IMG/VR virus record: IMGVR_UViG_3300027917_000038
Coordinates: 1-64,000 of that record
DNA length: 64,000 bases
Reading direction: 5' to 3' (one strand)
DNA from: a virus
Shown here: piece after piece, positions 32,097 to 43,218 of the stretch
Numbering within the stretch: the stretch's first letter is position 1
Layout of the letters: each line of letters starts with the position of its first letter
Position numbers and translations under genes: made by a program
The notes under the pieces: generated by a model
Told to the model about the DNA's origin: nothing
What the model saw: the letters and a program-made list of their open reading frames with translations, nothing else
The model's database searches: none

Positions 32097-33536
32097 TTAC
32101 GCCTCGTTTCTAATTCCTGTAATTATAATTTTTTCTAACGAACTATACCAATAAAATCCAATCTCAATTGAAGGAATTGTTCTTGTTGCCCTTGCTGATT
32201 GTCCAGCCGTTGTGTTATTTTTCAAATCATCTTCCACTGGAATTTTGATATATGCTAATCCATCATGAATTCCTTGGTCTTGTAATGTTTTGAAAATACC
32301 TGCAATTTTATTTCTAACTAATTGCATACCTTTGTAGGACATATCAACTTCTCTTGAAGCTAAAAGCTCCCACAATCCATTCACAAGATTTTGACTTATG
32401 ATATATTTACATCTTACATAATTAATTCTTGAAGAGTATCCAGTTCCAAGAGTAAAACCATGTGTTATAAGATAAGGTTCACCACTTAATTCCCTTCTTT
32501 TCATGACGGTTATTACTTGACCATCATTAAAGTAGCTCCTATCTACTAAAGGCATTTCCTCTTGAATACCCATGTGTGGTACTGCGAATGACATTGTTTT
32601 ATGTGGATGTGTTCCAGCTGTCATGCCCATTAATCCTGCCGCCATATCATGGTTTGAAGAACTTGGTTTAATATCCATAACAGAAACATCTTCTCTTTGT
32701 CCTATAAAATTCTTTATATTTTCCCAATTTACAGACATTCCACTTGCGGTTTCGCCTCTATCAGCATCACCTGGAGTAGCCCAGAAAAATAATACGTTTT
32801 TACCTGCGATTGTATTAGTAAAACGCATTAAATCCTCAGCTTGGCTTCCAAAATGACTATCACCAGCAGAATAATTATCCTTGCTTGGAGTATTGTCATA
32901 AGCTGCCGCCATCATGTTGATATTGTAATCATCAATAACTTCACTCAGTTTTGACATTACATTACCAATCTTAAATGACACTGTGATTTTAGAACCACTT
33001 CTTGGAGGATTATCTATTTCATTTCCAGAAAGTCCATTAAGAAAATTCAATCTGCCAGTCCAATTTGATAATCCATCAGTTTCTACTGTAAATGCAACTC
33101 CAGTTGCTCCACCAGCTGTATTAATAAAGTATCCAGTTGCTTCTGCACTTGGATAATATCTAACTTCTTCTTGACCAGCTGGATAAAATCCTAATGGAGG
33201 TTTTATAGGAGTTTCATAAATATAATCTGTAACTTTTAACATTGGAGTATTTTGATAAATATCAACAGAACCGCTAACCAATGCCAAAACATACAAAGTT
33301 CCGCCAGGTGTTGGACTAGCTGAGAAAAATCGGGAAGTTGATTTATAGGCTCGTGTAGAACTGGTAAAACCAGCTGCTCCTAAAACAGAACTCCAATTAT
33401 CGGCTGTTACTGCGTAAACAGTTGATTGAGATAAACTAGCGTCGCTCCCTTTCACTACTAACAAACAATTGTCCCATGGGACTGCCGCGGCCGCTGGGGT
33501 CTCAGCATCCCAAATTATGGTTAAGTATTCACCCAC
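32097..33536 (-). CDS. Contractile tail sheath protein
   Basis: C-terminal RINYVR..., Y.G...V...I...L...G, LEKIIITG pattern of sheath proteins. Confidence 0.75.
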   Translation of the reverse strand: MGEYLTIIWDAETPAAAAVPWDNCLLVVKGSDASLSQSTVYAVTADNWSSVLGAAGFTSSTRAYKSTSRFFSASPTPGGTLYVLALVSGSVDIYQNTPMLKVTDYIYETPIKPPLGFYPAGQEEVRYYPSAEATGYFINTAGGATGVAFTVETDGLSNWTGRLNFLNGLSGNEIDNPPRSGSKITVSFKIGNVMSKLSEVIDDYNINMMAAAYDNTPSKDNYSAGDSHFGSQAEDLMRFTNTIAGKNVLFFWATPGDADRGETASGMSVNWENIKNFIGQREDVSVMDIKPSSSNHDMAAGLMGMTAGTHPHKTMSFAVPHMGIQEEMPLVDRSYFNDGQVITVMKRRELSGEPYLITHGFTLGTGYSSRINYVRCKYIISQNLVNGLWELLASREVDMSYKGMQLVRNKIAGIFKTLQDQGIHDGLAYIKIPVEDDLKNNTTAGQSARATRTIPSIEIGFYWYSSLEKIIITGIRNEA

Positions 33537-33545
33537 TATAAATCA

Positions 33546-34142
33546 CTAACTTGTGTTTATTCTAATATTATTTTTATCATTCATAATTATATAAGCTTGT
33601 TCAGCTCTTACTTCACCTTCTTCTCCTGATGGCAATTCTCTATACCATCGTACATCAGTTCTTAAATAAAAATCAAGTTCAAATTCATGAACTCGTGTTG
33701 CTACATCCTCGTAATAAATTGTTAAATCTTTGATAGGTATCTCAATTCTCCTATCAATAGAAGCATCATATTTGTATAAAATATCATTCCACCATGCTAA
33801 CACATCATTTCTTATTTCATTGATAGCAAAAAAGGCAAAATCTCTGCCTCTAATGGCGTCATTATTATGGTATTTATTAGCATAAACTGAAATATTAACA
33901 AATTCTAATTCACAAAATGCATATTCATATCTCCTATCATCTATTCTTCCAACTATATCTGACATAGATCCAAACAATTTTTGTGATGTTTGTATAAAAT
34001 CTACTGAAATATAAGGAAGATTTCTTTCATGTGCCTCTCCAGCTCTCCATACCTCAATCTGAGGATCCCAACCATTATACGTAAAGTCTAATGATTGTAT
34101 TCTTTCAATTAATTCATTCTTTCCAGCTTCAGGAAGTGTCAA
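33546..34142 (-). CDS. Tail terminator/neck protein
   Basis: PYISV motif; position before the sheath gene. Confidence 0.55.
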   Translation of the reverse strand: MTLPEAGKNELIERIQSLDFTYNGWDPQIEVWRAGEAHERNLPYISVDFIQTSQKLFGSMSDIVGRIDDRRYEYAFCELEFVNISVYANKYHNNDAIRGRDFAFFAINEIRNDVLAWWNDILYKYDASIDRRIEIPIKDLTIYYEDVATRVHEFELDFYLRTDVRWYRELPSGEEGEVRAEQAYIIMNDKNNIRINTS

Positions 34143-34488
34143 GTAATCTTCTCATCTCTATTTCTGCATTTTTGAATTTTTTCTTGCTTCTAACATCTAT
34201 AATTCCCACAACACGATATTCGAGACCATTCCAAATCACTCTGGTTTTACCCGGAATCATATCAACCTTTTCCATCTCATCGCTTCTTACTTGTGCGAAA
34301 AGTCTTTCATAAGAATATTGCCCTTCTTTTCTTGGTTCTCTGTGAATTGTTTCATCTGGAAGAATAAGCATTTTTAATGTGGTATCAGTTGTTTTTCCAA
34401 TAACTGCTATTCCTCCGCTTGCTCTTGAAGGTGTTTGTTCGTTTCTGACTGTTACATTTTCTTCAAATTGTTTTTGGGTTTTCCACAT
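34129..34488 (-). CDS. Head closure protein
   Basis: RVIWNGLEYRVV motif; size and gene order. Confidence 0.6.
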   Translation of the reverse strand: MWKTQKQFEENVTVRNEQTPSRASGGIAVIGKTTDTTLKMLILPDETIHREPRKEGQYSYERLFAQVRSDEMEKVDMIPGKTRVIWNGLEYRVVGIIDVRSKKKFKNAEIEMRRLLDTS

Positions 34489-35099
34489 TACAATGGCCCC
34501 TCATCATAATAATAATCATATTCGTACCAATCTTCGTAACCAGTAACACCTGCCGAATGTGAACTCATTTCATCAGCAATTTTCTTATAATCATGTTTTA
34601 AATTCCATCCCCAACCTCGTGATGTGTCGTCTCGTGTGACTCTGGGAATTGGATATGGACTGCCGTACTCATTAAAAAAATCATCACGGCAATAAGCCTC
34701 TACATAAGCGTAAGCCATCATTCTATATGTTTCATGAGGAAGTAAACCTTTAAACGGATCACTAGCTCCCGTGGCAAAGAAAAACATAGGTTGCCATCTC
34801 TGATATGCGTATGTTGTTCTATTTAATTTTTCTAAAGCAACATCGCCAGTAGACCAAGATAAATCTCCAGAATAACAAAGCAATTCTAAAGACATACAAA
34901 CAGCGGCAGACCAAAGCAAATTGAATCTATCCGTTATGTTTGTTGGTCTCATTCCATGCTCTATTATCCAAGCATCTATTTTGGCATTGACAATCTTCAG
35001 TAATCTATCATCCACTTTGTCCTCATCAAAATCCTCATTAAACATTTGAATAAAGTAAATTATGTCATCCTTTGAGGCATACTTTTCGACCGTTGACAT
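34488..35099 (-). CDS. Head-tail adaptor
   Basis: YAS.DD N-terminus; directly after the capsid gene. Confidence 0.55.
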   Translation of the reverse strand: MSTVEKYASKDDIIYFIQMFNEDFDEDKVDDRLLKIVNAKIDAWIIEHGMRPTNITDRFNLLWSAAVCMSLELLCYSGDLSWSTGDVALEKLNRTTYAYQRWQPMFFFATGASDPFKGLLPHETYRMMAYAYVEAYCRDDFFNEYGSPYPIPRVTRDDTSRGWGWNLKHDYKKIADEMSSHSAGVTGYEDWYEYDYYYDEGPL

Positions 35100-35108
35100 T
35101 TATACCAT

Positions 35109-36230
35109 CTATTGCATCGCTAATTGATCTAATCTCAATACACGAGCAAAGTCCGTCACTACTGGGCATATCGAAATAGCCGCGCTATTTTTGACTTCTA
35201 AAGGATCATGCTCAACCCATTGTCTCATATACATTTCAGTTGGGCTTGCTCTTTGCTGTTGGTGAAGCTTGTGAACCCAAGAACAGGCAGTAAAACCTAT
35301 TTCCCTATTTGTGATTAAACCCCATTCCCATCTACCAGAGTTGTACAATGTGGTCATCATATCAATTTTGTTTAATCGATCCCAAGTTTGTCTTAGATAA
35401 TCACCACGACCTGGATATCCTTCTCTATCAGTATTGATACCTGGCACTTCTTTATAAGTTTGCCCGACTATGCGTGTAATAGTTAATCCTTGAATTGCGG
35501 CACCAAGAACTCCTTGTGTGGTGTCCCTGATTTGAATTAATCTATTTAACAAACCAGTGTTATCTTCCATTGAGCGAGTCGTAACACGACCAACAATTAA
35601 ATTCTGAGCTTGTTCCCCAGACATAAGATTAAATCTATCTTTCAGATAGTTCAAATCTTTAAAAATATTGGCACTAGCGTTATCCCAAGCTAACCCACCT
35701 AAGTGTGAATCAGCCGCTCCTCGGAAGGTTCCTTTTCTGACGTTTGCATAGCCTAATCTCTCAATAGTTTGAGTAGAGAAAGATGCCATAACCGTAGGAT
35801 CTCCATAAACATATCTTGTTAATGTGTATTCGATTAACCTGTTGATAAATCTAACCAATTGTCGATCCAACATTAAGCGTTTGGCTTGAATAACTCCATT
35901 TTCAAAATCTTCCTCGAATTCCTCCAAATCTTCAGGGTATCCGTTTTTAATGGTTCTCGTATTAAAGGTAATTCCTTCAATATGAGGAGCACCCATCATT
36001 TGAATTCTTTCACGAGGATCATGGAATCTTGCCATGCCTTGTGGATCGGCTAGCCAAGGTAGACTAAAGTGTTTCTTAGAACCTGGGCCTGGTGCGGGTC
36101 TTTTAGTCATTAACCCCATCAACATAGGTTCCCATTCTTCATCAAAAAATTGAATTGATTCAATGTATCTCCTGTATAACCAAGTTGGAATTAAGTGAGG
36201 TTCCGTTAAATTTGACCAATCAAATGACAT
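35109..36230 (-). CDS. Major capsid protein (HK97 fold)
   Basis: 373 aa after protease and decoration genes; R.IEY, W.....N...DL, W...DP, P motifs of gpE-like capsids. Confidence 0.75.
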   Translation of the reverse strand: MSFDWSNLTEPHLIPTWLYRRYIESIQFFDEEWEPMLMGLMTKRPAPGPGSKKHFSLPWLADPQGMARFHDPRERIQMMGAPHIEGITFNTRTIKNGYPEDLEEFEEDFENGVIQAKRLMLDRQLVRFINRLIEYTLTRYVYGDPTVMASFSTQTIERLGYANVRKGTFRGAADSHLGGLAWDNASANIFKDLNYLKDRFNLMSGEQAQNLIVGRVTTRSMEDNTGLLNRLIQIRDTTQGVLGAAIQGLTITRIVGQTYKEVPGINTDREGYPGRGDYLRQTWDRLNKIDMMTTLYNSGRWEWGLITNREIGFTACSWVHKLHQQQRASPTEMYMRQWVEHDPLEVKNSAAISICPVVTDFARVLRLDQLAMQ

Positions 36231-36231
36231 T

Positions 36232-36759
36232 TTATGGAAGCACCTCTGCTTTTGGATCTACAAATACTAAACCAGCTTCGCCTGGAACGGTTTCCTCTAA
36301 CCATTTGCCTAGTGAATAACCACTTCCACTTTGTGTGCCAGGGCCTCCTTGTGGATAGCCTCCGCCATTTGCTGGTAAGCATTTTTCATCAATTTGTGCA
36401 GTATAACCAGTTGCCTTATTGAGCATTTTACAAATACCCATTTTCATCAATGTAATCTCTCTTGGGTAGTAATAATCAGGTCTTAAAATTATGTTGTCAT
36501 TACTGACTCCAGAACTTATTTCCCTAATATCAAGAGAAATTCCAATTGCGTGTTCGGCGCCTGGAGTTGCATTATCATAAGATTTAATTCGTCTTTTCTT
36601 GATTGGGGTTCCGATATAACCAGTTAAGGTTGGGTGCAATACACAAGGCTCGCCTAAATCAACATCTGATGCTTCATCCAACCAAAAGCGTCCTTTGCTT
36701 AATGATTGAACATGCTCTTTAAAAAAGCTGTGATATGCTGTTCTATAATAATTTGACAT
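36232..36759 (-). CDS. Head decoration/cement protein
   Basis: Between protease and capsid genes; AIGI and LGK beta-tulip-like pattern. Confidence 0.55.
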   Translation of the reverse strand: MSNYYRTAYHSFFKEHVQSLSKGRFWLDEASDVDLGEPCVLHPTLTGYIGTPIKKRRIKSYDNATPGAEHAIGISLDIREISSGVSNDNIILRPDYYYPREITLMKMGICKMLNKATGYTAQIDEKCLPANGGGYPQGGPGTQSGSGYSLGKWLEETVPGEAGLVFVDPKAEVLP

Positions 36760-36761
36760 TT

Positions 36762-37814
36762 TTATTTAGCACCTCTTTTTTCAAAGAATTCTTTTGGCAT
36801 GTTTGCAAAAGCTTTAACATCTCTTTGAGCTTTTTGCTTTTCATCCTCAAGTTCCTCATCTTTAAATTGAGATTTTTGAGCTGTTGAACTCAAATCTTCA
36901 ACTTGTGCATGAGGAGCACTTTCTAATTCTTTTGCTCTTTTACTAAGAAAATTCTTTACTTCCTCAAATTTCTTATCATCAGCAATAGAATCACGGACTT
37001 TCATGCGATATAATTCTTCCATATCTTTACCATCTAATTCAATCAAGTTATTGATAACTGGTTCGACTTCTTTCATCTTAATTTTTTCATGCAACTTGTC
37101 GATTATGATTGACTGCTCTTTTACCTTGTCATTTAATTCCAAGATTTGTTCAGAAATTTCGTCTTTTTCAGTTCGTTCTGATTCAATTTCTTTTTCACTG
37201 TCTTCTATTGTTTTCTCCAAAGTTACAATTTTAGATTCTAATTCCTCTAAAATTTTATCCTTTTTAGTAAGCTTTTCCTCTAGTTCCCGTATGGACTTCA
37301 TTAATTCTTGTTCATACTCATCTTTTTCTTCTTCAGGCATATTATCACTCTCGTTTAATATATCAATAACCTTGCATTCTTTACACGCTGGTGTAGGTGT
37401 TAAAGAATGCTCTATTACATCAAAATGTATTGGACTCTCGTCTGGCCCGTACTGTCTAAATCTGAGAGAAATCTTTATTGGTTTATTTAGTTCATCTCTT
37501 TTTTTTATGATATTTCTCACATCAAGATGTGCTTGAGTGTGACCATAAACTTGGTATTTACTAAATATATCTCCTTTTTCAACATGAGATTCCAATACGC
37601 GTCCAAAAATGTGAGTGGATTTAGTAAATTCTGGAATAATAGGATGTTCATGTCTCCAAATAAGTGGTTTTCCCGGAGAATCATTTGAAATCCTTTCCAA
37701 TCCTTTTTCACAAACAAAATCCTTTGTTATAGATCTTGCAGTAAATATGAATTTGTCTTCGGTTTCTTCAACATCTTCCAATGCAAAATCTACAATTAGA
37801 TCTTTTCCACTCAT
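36762..37814 (-). CDS. Prohead protease with C-terminal scaffold coiled coil
   Basis: PLIWRH, FGRV, ISLRF, EHSLTPTPAC; acidic coiled coil. Confidence 0.8.
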   Translation of the reverse strand: MSGKDLIVDFALEDVEETEDKFIFTARSITKDFVCEKGLERISNDSPGKPLIWRHEHPIIPEFTKSTHIFGRVLESHVEKGDIFSKYQVYGHTQAHLDVRNIIKKRDELNKPIKISLRFRQYGPDESPIHFDVIEHSLTPTPACKECKVIDILNESDNMPEEEKDEYEQELMKSIRELEEKLTKKDKILEELESKIVTLEKTIEDSEKEIESERTEKDEISEQILELNDKVKEQSIIIDKLHEKIKMKEVEPVINNLIELDGKDMEELYRMKVRDSIADDKKFEEVKNFLSKRAKELESAPHAQVEDLSSTAQKSQFKDEELEDEKQKAQRDVKAFANMPKEFFEKRGAK

Positions 37815-37846
37815 TTTATCACCTTACTTTATATATATTTTTATAG

Positions 37847-37860
37847 TTTATAAATATGTT
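37847..37860 (-). promoter_or_regulatory. Late-class TATA promoter of the head operon
   Basis: AACATATTTATAAA on the - strand, followed by an AGGTGA SD before the ATG. Confidence 0.6.
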
Positions 37861-39229
37861 CATTAAAAACGTAATATTGAGTTAAACAAATACCTATTAG
37901 TTAATTCTCTAATATCAAACTGGTGTTGCTTTATTTTGCCTGCCATTCCACTGTCTATATTTCCTGGACAAAGTGGTGTATCACAAGTCATAATTATTTC
38001 TCCTTGTGAATAATGGAATGCATGCATTTTCTTTGCACAAAACTTACATGGAAATAATCCATCTAATTCTTTTAACCAAGTTTTATCTGTTGCCCATGAA
38101 TCGTCCCATGCTAATGATAAAGAATTTTTAACCTTATCTTGTCTATATTTAAGATATTTGTTAGCGTCTTTAAAACTTGAAATTTTCTTATGTCCCAGTT
38201 TCAACACCTCTATACACTTTTTGCATAATCTTCATACACCTTTCTTATTGATTTTATTATTTTTTCCCACGCAAATACAAATGTGGATTTTAATATGGAT
38301 TTTCTTCTTTCATGAATAGGCCCAAAATTAAATATATGAGTTTTTCCTGCTCTTGTTGTTTTAGCTCTTGTTGTTGAAGATTTTGGTATTTCAAATTTTA
38401 ACACGTTTTTATCTATCTTTATTGTTGTGTTTGCTTTCATAAGTCCAGATAACTCATGAACATTTGTATGACCAGTTCTTATCTTATATCTTAAGTAATT
38501 AGCTTCGTAAGGATCTCCTCTTGGTGGAATACCAGTTGTTTTCATTAATCTCCTCATTTCTGCGGCATCTTTAACTGAATATAAATCTGTTAAATTATTA
38601 ACATATATTTTAGCCCATAAAACATTTAAAAGATGTCCTTTAGCCGCATCCAAAGCATCCAATTTTGGTTTACCTGATTTAATCACTTCAATAAATTTTT
38701 TTGCTTGTTGTAAATCCATTCTTACTTTAACTATAATAATCAGCTCCTTTTTTTGGCTCTTCATCTAAAATATCTAAATTAAGTCTATCTTTTAGTTTTG
38801 CTGTTGCCTCTATTTGATCAGCTATCCATGTTGCTATTGCAGATACGCTTTCATTCAAAACTTTAAAACAAGTATTAAAATGTTCGCATCCTTGACATTC
38901 AAATTTGTCCTTTTCCCTCATACATCCAAGTAAATTTTCAGCAATATCTTCAAAAACTTTTATATTAATTATTTCTGCTGGTTTTTTATGACCCATTTCC
39001 CTTATATTCACTTATGTTTATTAATATCCAATTAATTCTTTTACACAATAAATTAACTGAATTTTTAATAGATTTTATTATATCTCCTTTAAAATTATTA
39101 GCCATTGCGTCATAGAAATAAGAAAGAACATAATCGTATTCTCTTTCCAATTCTTTCGATATTCGTATTACAAATCCTATATCAACTGTTTTACATCCAA
39201 GCAGTTCATTCATTACTGCTTTGTTAAAA

Positions 39230-40690
39230 TCAATCTGTTTTAGTTTTTCTTGATTGATTATATTCCACAAGTCGCTCTTTAGCGCTTCTTTGAGTTTCTC
39301 TTTCAGATGGTTGTTTTTGGGCAAGTGCCTCAACCTTTTTGTTTTCATTTTGAGGTAGTTCGTCTAAAAATCCAAATGCGGATTGTGCGGCTTTCCTCAT
39401 TTCATTTACATCGTTCCAAACTCCTACCATTGCTCCAAGTTGTATTGATTGCATTAACTCTAAAGTTGTTTCTAATCTAAGAGGACTCCAATCAATTTCA
39501 ATTTCATGTGGAGACACATCGTTTATTCCATGATAAGGCAATAAACAAAAAGCGTAGAAATTTGTTAATATTAATTCATATTTTCTTCTTATACCTTTTA
39601 TGAATCTTAACCAACTTTCTTGTAAGATTCTTGAAGTTGCTAATTCAGATCCTCGTGCTTCTCTCATGCCCATGGAACCGAATATAGTATACATTATTTG
39701 TTTATCTAGTTCTTGAATGTAGATGACATAAATTTCTGAACTTCTTGCAGTCTGTGTTTCTAATGTTTTCATTTCCATTTCCCCTGGAATGGAAACTCCA
39801 CCAAAATTTGTGATTTGTCTTATAAATTGTTTTCCATTGTCTAAAGCCGCTTGCATTTTATGGATATCAGTTGGATAAACATTTGATCTTGGGTCTCCGA
39901 CTGATAATATTACGAATGGTGCCCAATGTTTTTGAGAATATTTTCTCATAAACCAGAGAATCCATCTTTTATAAACGATATAATGCAGAGCATTAGCAAT
40001 TGGAGGTTTTTTGAAAAATCTTCCAAATAAAATCACATTTGGTTCATCTGCTAAATGTATTTGTTGTTCCTCATATTCACTTTGTAACGTGTCGCTGTAG
40101 GTGATTTTCCCAGGTTCTCTTCCCCAATCTGATTTGTATCTAAGATAATTGTCTTTTCCTGCAGATCTGTAAAAATTCTTTTTTGTTCTATGGTAGTTGT
40201 ATTTTGGAACGTGTTGTATGAATTTTCTGTAACCCATTACAGGATCTTCACGAACTTCAATCGTTTTAGGATCTAATCTTTGTATATCAACGTTTTCATA
40301 TTCAATGCTTCTATCAGTTCTCCATGCGAACATGCTATAAACTATTGAATCGTACCATGTTTCTATTATCCAGTCTTCTACTGTTTGTCTTTTTACATTT
40401 ATTCCTCTGTTCCATCTTTTAATGATATCAATGGCTTCTTGTCTTTTATCACATCTAACCCTAGGCCCATCTCCTACAATAACAGAACCAGTTATTTCAG
40501 TAAATGAGACAGCAACTGAATCATTCCAAAAACCTTCTTCAAGATTTTTGTATGTTGGTTTTATCATGACTTTTCTCAATTCTTTCAAGTCTTGATCTAA
40601 GTCAAACGAATCACTCCCGATTGTTGCCAATATGGCTCTTTTGCTTGGCCAGAATTCTTGTTCTGGATCTACTGTTTTTCTAATAGGCAT
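39230..40690 (-). CDS. Portal protein
   Basis: 486 aa after terminase; LDPKTI, NEMR motifs. Confidence 0.75.
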   Translation of the reverse strand: MPIRKTVDPEQEFWPSKRAILATIGSDSFDLDQDLKELRKVMIKPTYKNLEEGFWNDSVAVSFTEITGSVIVGDGPRVRCDKRQEAIDIIKRWNRGINVKRQTVEDWIIETWYDSIVYSMFAWRTDRSIEYENVDIQRLDPKTIEVREDPVMGYRKFIQHVPKYNYHRTKKNFYRSAGKDNYLRYKSDWGREPGKITYSDTLQSEYEEQQIHLADEPNVILFGRFFKKPPIANALHYIVYKRWILWFMRKYSQKHWAPFVILSVGDPRSNVYPTDIHKMQAALDNGKQFIRQITNFGGVSIPGEMEMKTLETQTARSSEIYVIYIQELDKQIMYTIFGSMGMREARGSELATSRILQESWLRFIKGIRRKYELILTNFYAFCLLPYHGINDVSPHEIEIDWSPLRLETTLELMQSIQLGAMVGVWNDVNEMRKAAQSAFGFLDELPQNENKKVEALAQKQPSERETQRSAKERLVEYNQSRKTKTD

Positions 40691-40875
40691 TTCCTTTAAA
40701 AAATTTCATTAATTCTTTTAATATTTTTTCCCAATATATATTTTTTCCATTTTGTAAAGATGTAAAATCTATTGGTTCAATCATTACGAAGTCAAATGTA
40801 AATTCTTCAACGATTGGTTCGTCAAGTTTTATACAGGGAATTCCATCAACTTCTATAATTTCAACATCTTTTTTT

Positions 40876-42501
40876 TTAGAATCCATAGCTGAGTTTTACT
40901 CCTCTAATTTTTAATTTATCTAAATATGTAGGTCTTCTTCTATGTCCCCAACATGATAAAGCAAGCGCAATAACTCTATCATCATGAAACGATTGTGTCC
41001 CATATTTTATATAATCTGTACCTGGAAGTTCATCACATTCAAATCTTAACAATTCTTCTCTTAAGTTTCCTATTTCTGGTTCGCTTGCTGGCGGTATTTC
41101 AATTCTGTTTTGTGCAAATGTTTTTATTAAATTTCCTATCAATTCAGGTTTTGTAATTCTTGAGATTATAAATCCTTTTTGATTTTGTCGATTGTCAAAA
41201 ATTTGAGTTCTTACTGGTATTCCATTCGATCTACGAAGATTTTCAAGATCTTCTTGCAATTGTTCTACTAAAGGATCTCCTAATCCAGTAGCATCTGGTA
41301 CTATCCATGTTGGATTAAAAACTTGAATAACTTTTAATAATTTATCTCTAATATATCTATATGTTTTGTGTTCATCATATTCACCAGCAACTGACATTCC
41401 AAAATCAAGAATTATTCTTCCAGATTTTTTGTCTAAATGTGTGATATAAAAGCAAGAAGCGTCATGTTTTCTTCCATAATCAACACCGAGGACATAATCA
41501 ATGTCTCTTCTTGCTCTAAAGATATTTTTTAATTTTTTATTTGTACATGCTTTAAGCCATTCTCCTAAGAAAACCATTGATGCGTCAGAAATGATTTCTC
41601 CTAGGTATTCTTGTCTTGCCGTTGGACTCCAACCTGCTTCATCAAGCAATTGCTTTACGTACCATTTAGGTCGAAGACCATCATTCCAAGCGTCTACGTA
41701 TGGAGTTGCGAATAGTCCAACACCGTATTTATAATCAAATGCTCCACACATTGGACATTTGTGCATATCTTCAATAGGCATTTTTCCATTTGGAAATCTG
41801 TCTACATTAAATGCGGCTTGTGGGAATCTTTCTCCACATGCTTTACAAATTATATCACGAGTTTCTAATCCTTTGTAATAATATTCTATGAACTTTCCTT
41901 TTGGGCCTTTTGGAGTGGAAAGCATTATCCATCTTTCACCGTGAGTAACTGTTGGCATTGCAGATTGAAAAATGATTTTTTCATCCATCAAATGAGCTTC
42001 ATCAACGAATAAAAGGTCGTAAGTACTACCTTCAATTCCATCTGTACAGGGCCAACATTCAACATAACTACCATTTGTAAGTTCTAAGTAGTCGACTCTT
42101 ACGCTTTTAGGAATCACATAATCCCAGAAAATAGAGTGTTTTAAGATTTTCTTGATTTTATTAAACAATTTTTTAGATTGTTTCTCAGTAGCCGCAATAA
42201 TTCCAATTGCGCAACCAGGTTTTATAACTAAGAGAGAACTTGCTGCGTATGCGCAACCAAGAGTTTTTCCTGTTTGGCGAGGCCAAATCATTACAACTCC
42301 TCTTGGAATTTTCTCGACTTCGTCAAAATCATATTGACTTAAAGGAAATCCAAATTGAATAGAGTCAATTGCGTCTTTTTGAGGCTGTGTTAATTTGATA
42401 GGACGAGAACGATTCTTTTCTTCGTGAAAAAATCTCTCAATAAAACTAACTGCCCTGAACATTACATCGTCTATTCCTTGTAACTCTTCGAGGACTTCCA
42501 C
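40876..42501 (-). CDS. terL: Terminase large subunit
   Basis: PRQTGKT, FVDEA, LSTP, RQEY, GVDYG, DATGLG, HDDRV. Confidence 0.95.
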   Translation of the reverse strand: MEVLEELQGIDDVMFRAVSFIERFFHEEKNRSRPIKLTQPQKDAIDSIQFGFPLSQYDFDEVEKIPRGVVMIWPRQTGKTLGCAYAASSLLVIKPGCAIGIIAATEKQSKKLFNKIKKILKHSIFWDYVIPKSVRVDYLELTNGSYVECWPCTDGIEGSTYDLLFVDEAHLMDEKIIFQSAMPTVTHGERWIMLSTPKGPKGKFIEYYYKGLETRDIICKACGERFPQAAFNVDRFPNGKMPIEDMHKCPMCGAFDYKYGVGLFATPYVDAWNDGLRPKWYVKQLLDEAGWSPTARQEYLGEIISDASMVFLGEWLKACTNKKLKNIFRARRDIDYVLGVDYGRKHDASCFYITHLDKKSGRIILDFGMSVAGEYDEHKTYRYIRDKLLKVIQVFNPTWIVPDATGLGDPLVEQLQEDLENLRRSNGIPVRTQIFDNRQNQKGFIISRITKPELIGNLIKTFAQNRIEIPPASEPEIGNLREELLRFECDELPGTDYIKYGTQSFHDDRVIALALSCWGHRRRPTYLDKLKIRGVKLSYGF

Positions 42502-42887
42502 TTATTTAACATCTCTTCTCTTTTATCAGGATCGACTCCTAAAACTTTAACGATTAGTTTGGCTTGAAGTTTAAGTTTTTCTTTTTCAGCCTCTTGTTGA
42601 ATTTCTCCTCCTCCCATTTTCCACATATCGTCTAAGAAGTGTCTCATTTCTGTAATCCATTTTAAGAGTTGTGGGTGCATGTATGTCTTTTGACCTATGA
42701 TGTTTCCTTCTTCGTCTATGAGTTGGTCTATTCTTTCATCTTTAAGAAGTTTATTTATGACATCCTGTACCATCTCATATCCTTTTGTCATCTCCAGAGC
42801 GATGTTTTTTAGGAGGGTGTCTTTATCACTATGCTTATCTAGTGGATAATTCTTTTCCTTTTCAACTATTTCGTTTTTAGTTTCCAT
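42471..42887 (-). CDS. Probable terminase small subunit
   Basis: Helical 138 aa overlapping the terL start; HPxL motif. Confidence 0.55.
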   Translation of the reverse strand: METKNEIVEKEKNYPLDKHSDKDTLLKNIALEMTKGYEMVQDVINKLLKDERIDQLIDEEGNIIGQKTYMHPQLLKWITEMRHFLDDMWKMGGGEIQQEAEKEKLKLQAKLIVKVLGVDPDKREEMLNKWKSSKSYKE

Positions 42888-42914
42888 AATCCTAAGTGTA
42901 TAATGTTGTATTCA

Positions 42915-42928
42915 TTTATAAATATGAT
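42915..42928 (-). promoter_or_regulatory. Late-class TATA promoter of the terminase operon
   Basis: ATCATATTTATAAA, 27 nt upstream of the ATG (leaderless geometry). Confidence 0.6.
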
Positions 42929-42996
42929 AGGACATGTTTAAATATTTAAAAATTATAACATAAGTAGAGTATAAAAATTTATACGAGTTGATTTTA

Positions 42997-43146
42997 ATGA
43001 AAATGGTAGGAATAAAAATGAGTGATGAGCTACACAAAGAATTTAAGAGTTTTTGTCTTATGAGGGATACGAATATGTCAGAAGAATTAAGAAGTTATAT
43101 AGTTTTTTGTGTGGGTGAGATGAAAAGACGTAAAAAAGAGGTATAA
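42997..43146 (+). CDS. 49-aa ribbon-helix-helix regulator (not in ORF track)
   Basis: MKMVGIKMSDELHKEFKSFCLMRDTNMSEELRSYI, CopG/ParG-like pattern. Confidence 0.7.
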   Translation: MKMVGIKMSDELHKEFKSFCLMRDTNMSEELRSYIVFCVGEMKRRKKEV

Positions 43147-43218
43147 TTTTTAAAAATTCGAACCAAAAGTGCAAAAAAGTCGTAAAAATGTGGCATTTTG
43201 TTTCAAAAAAGTAAAATA

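Noticed and set aside
37003-37536. 177-aa + strand ORF and similar antisense ORFs (e.g. 61727-62143, 58926-59441)
   Set aside because: Ser/Phe/Leu-rich shadows of Glu/Lys-rich genes on the opposite strand
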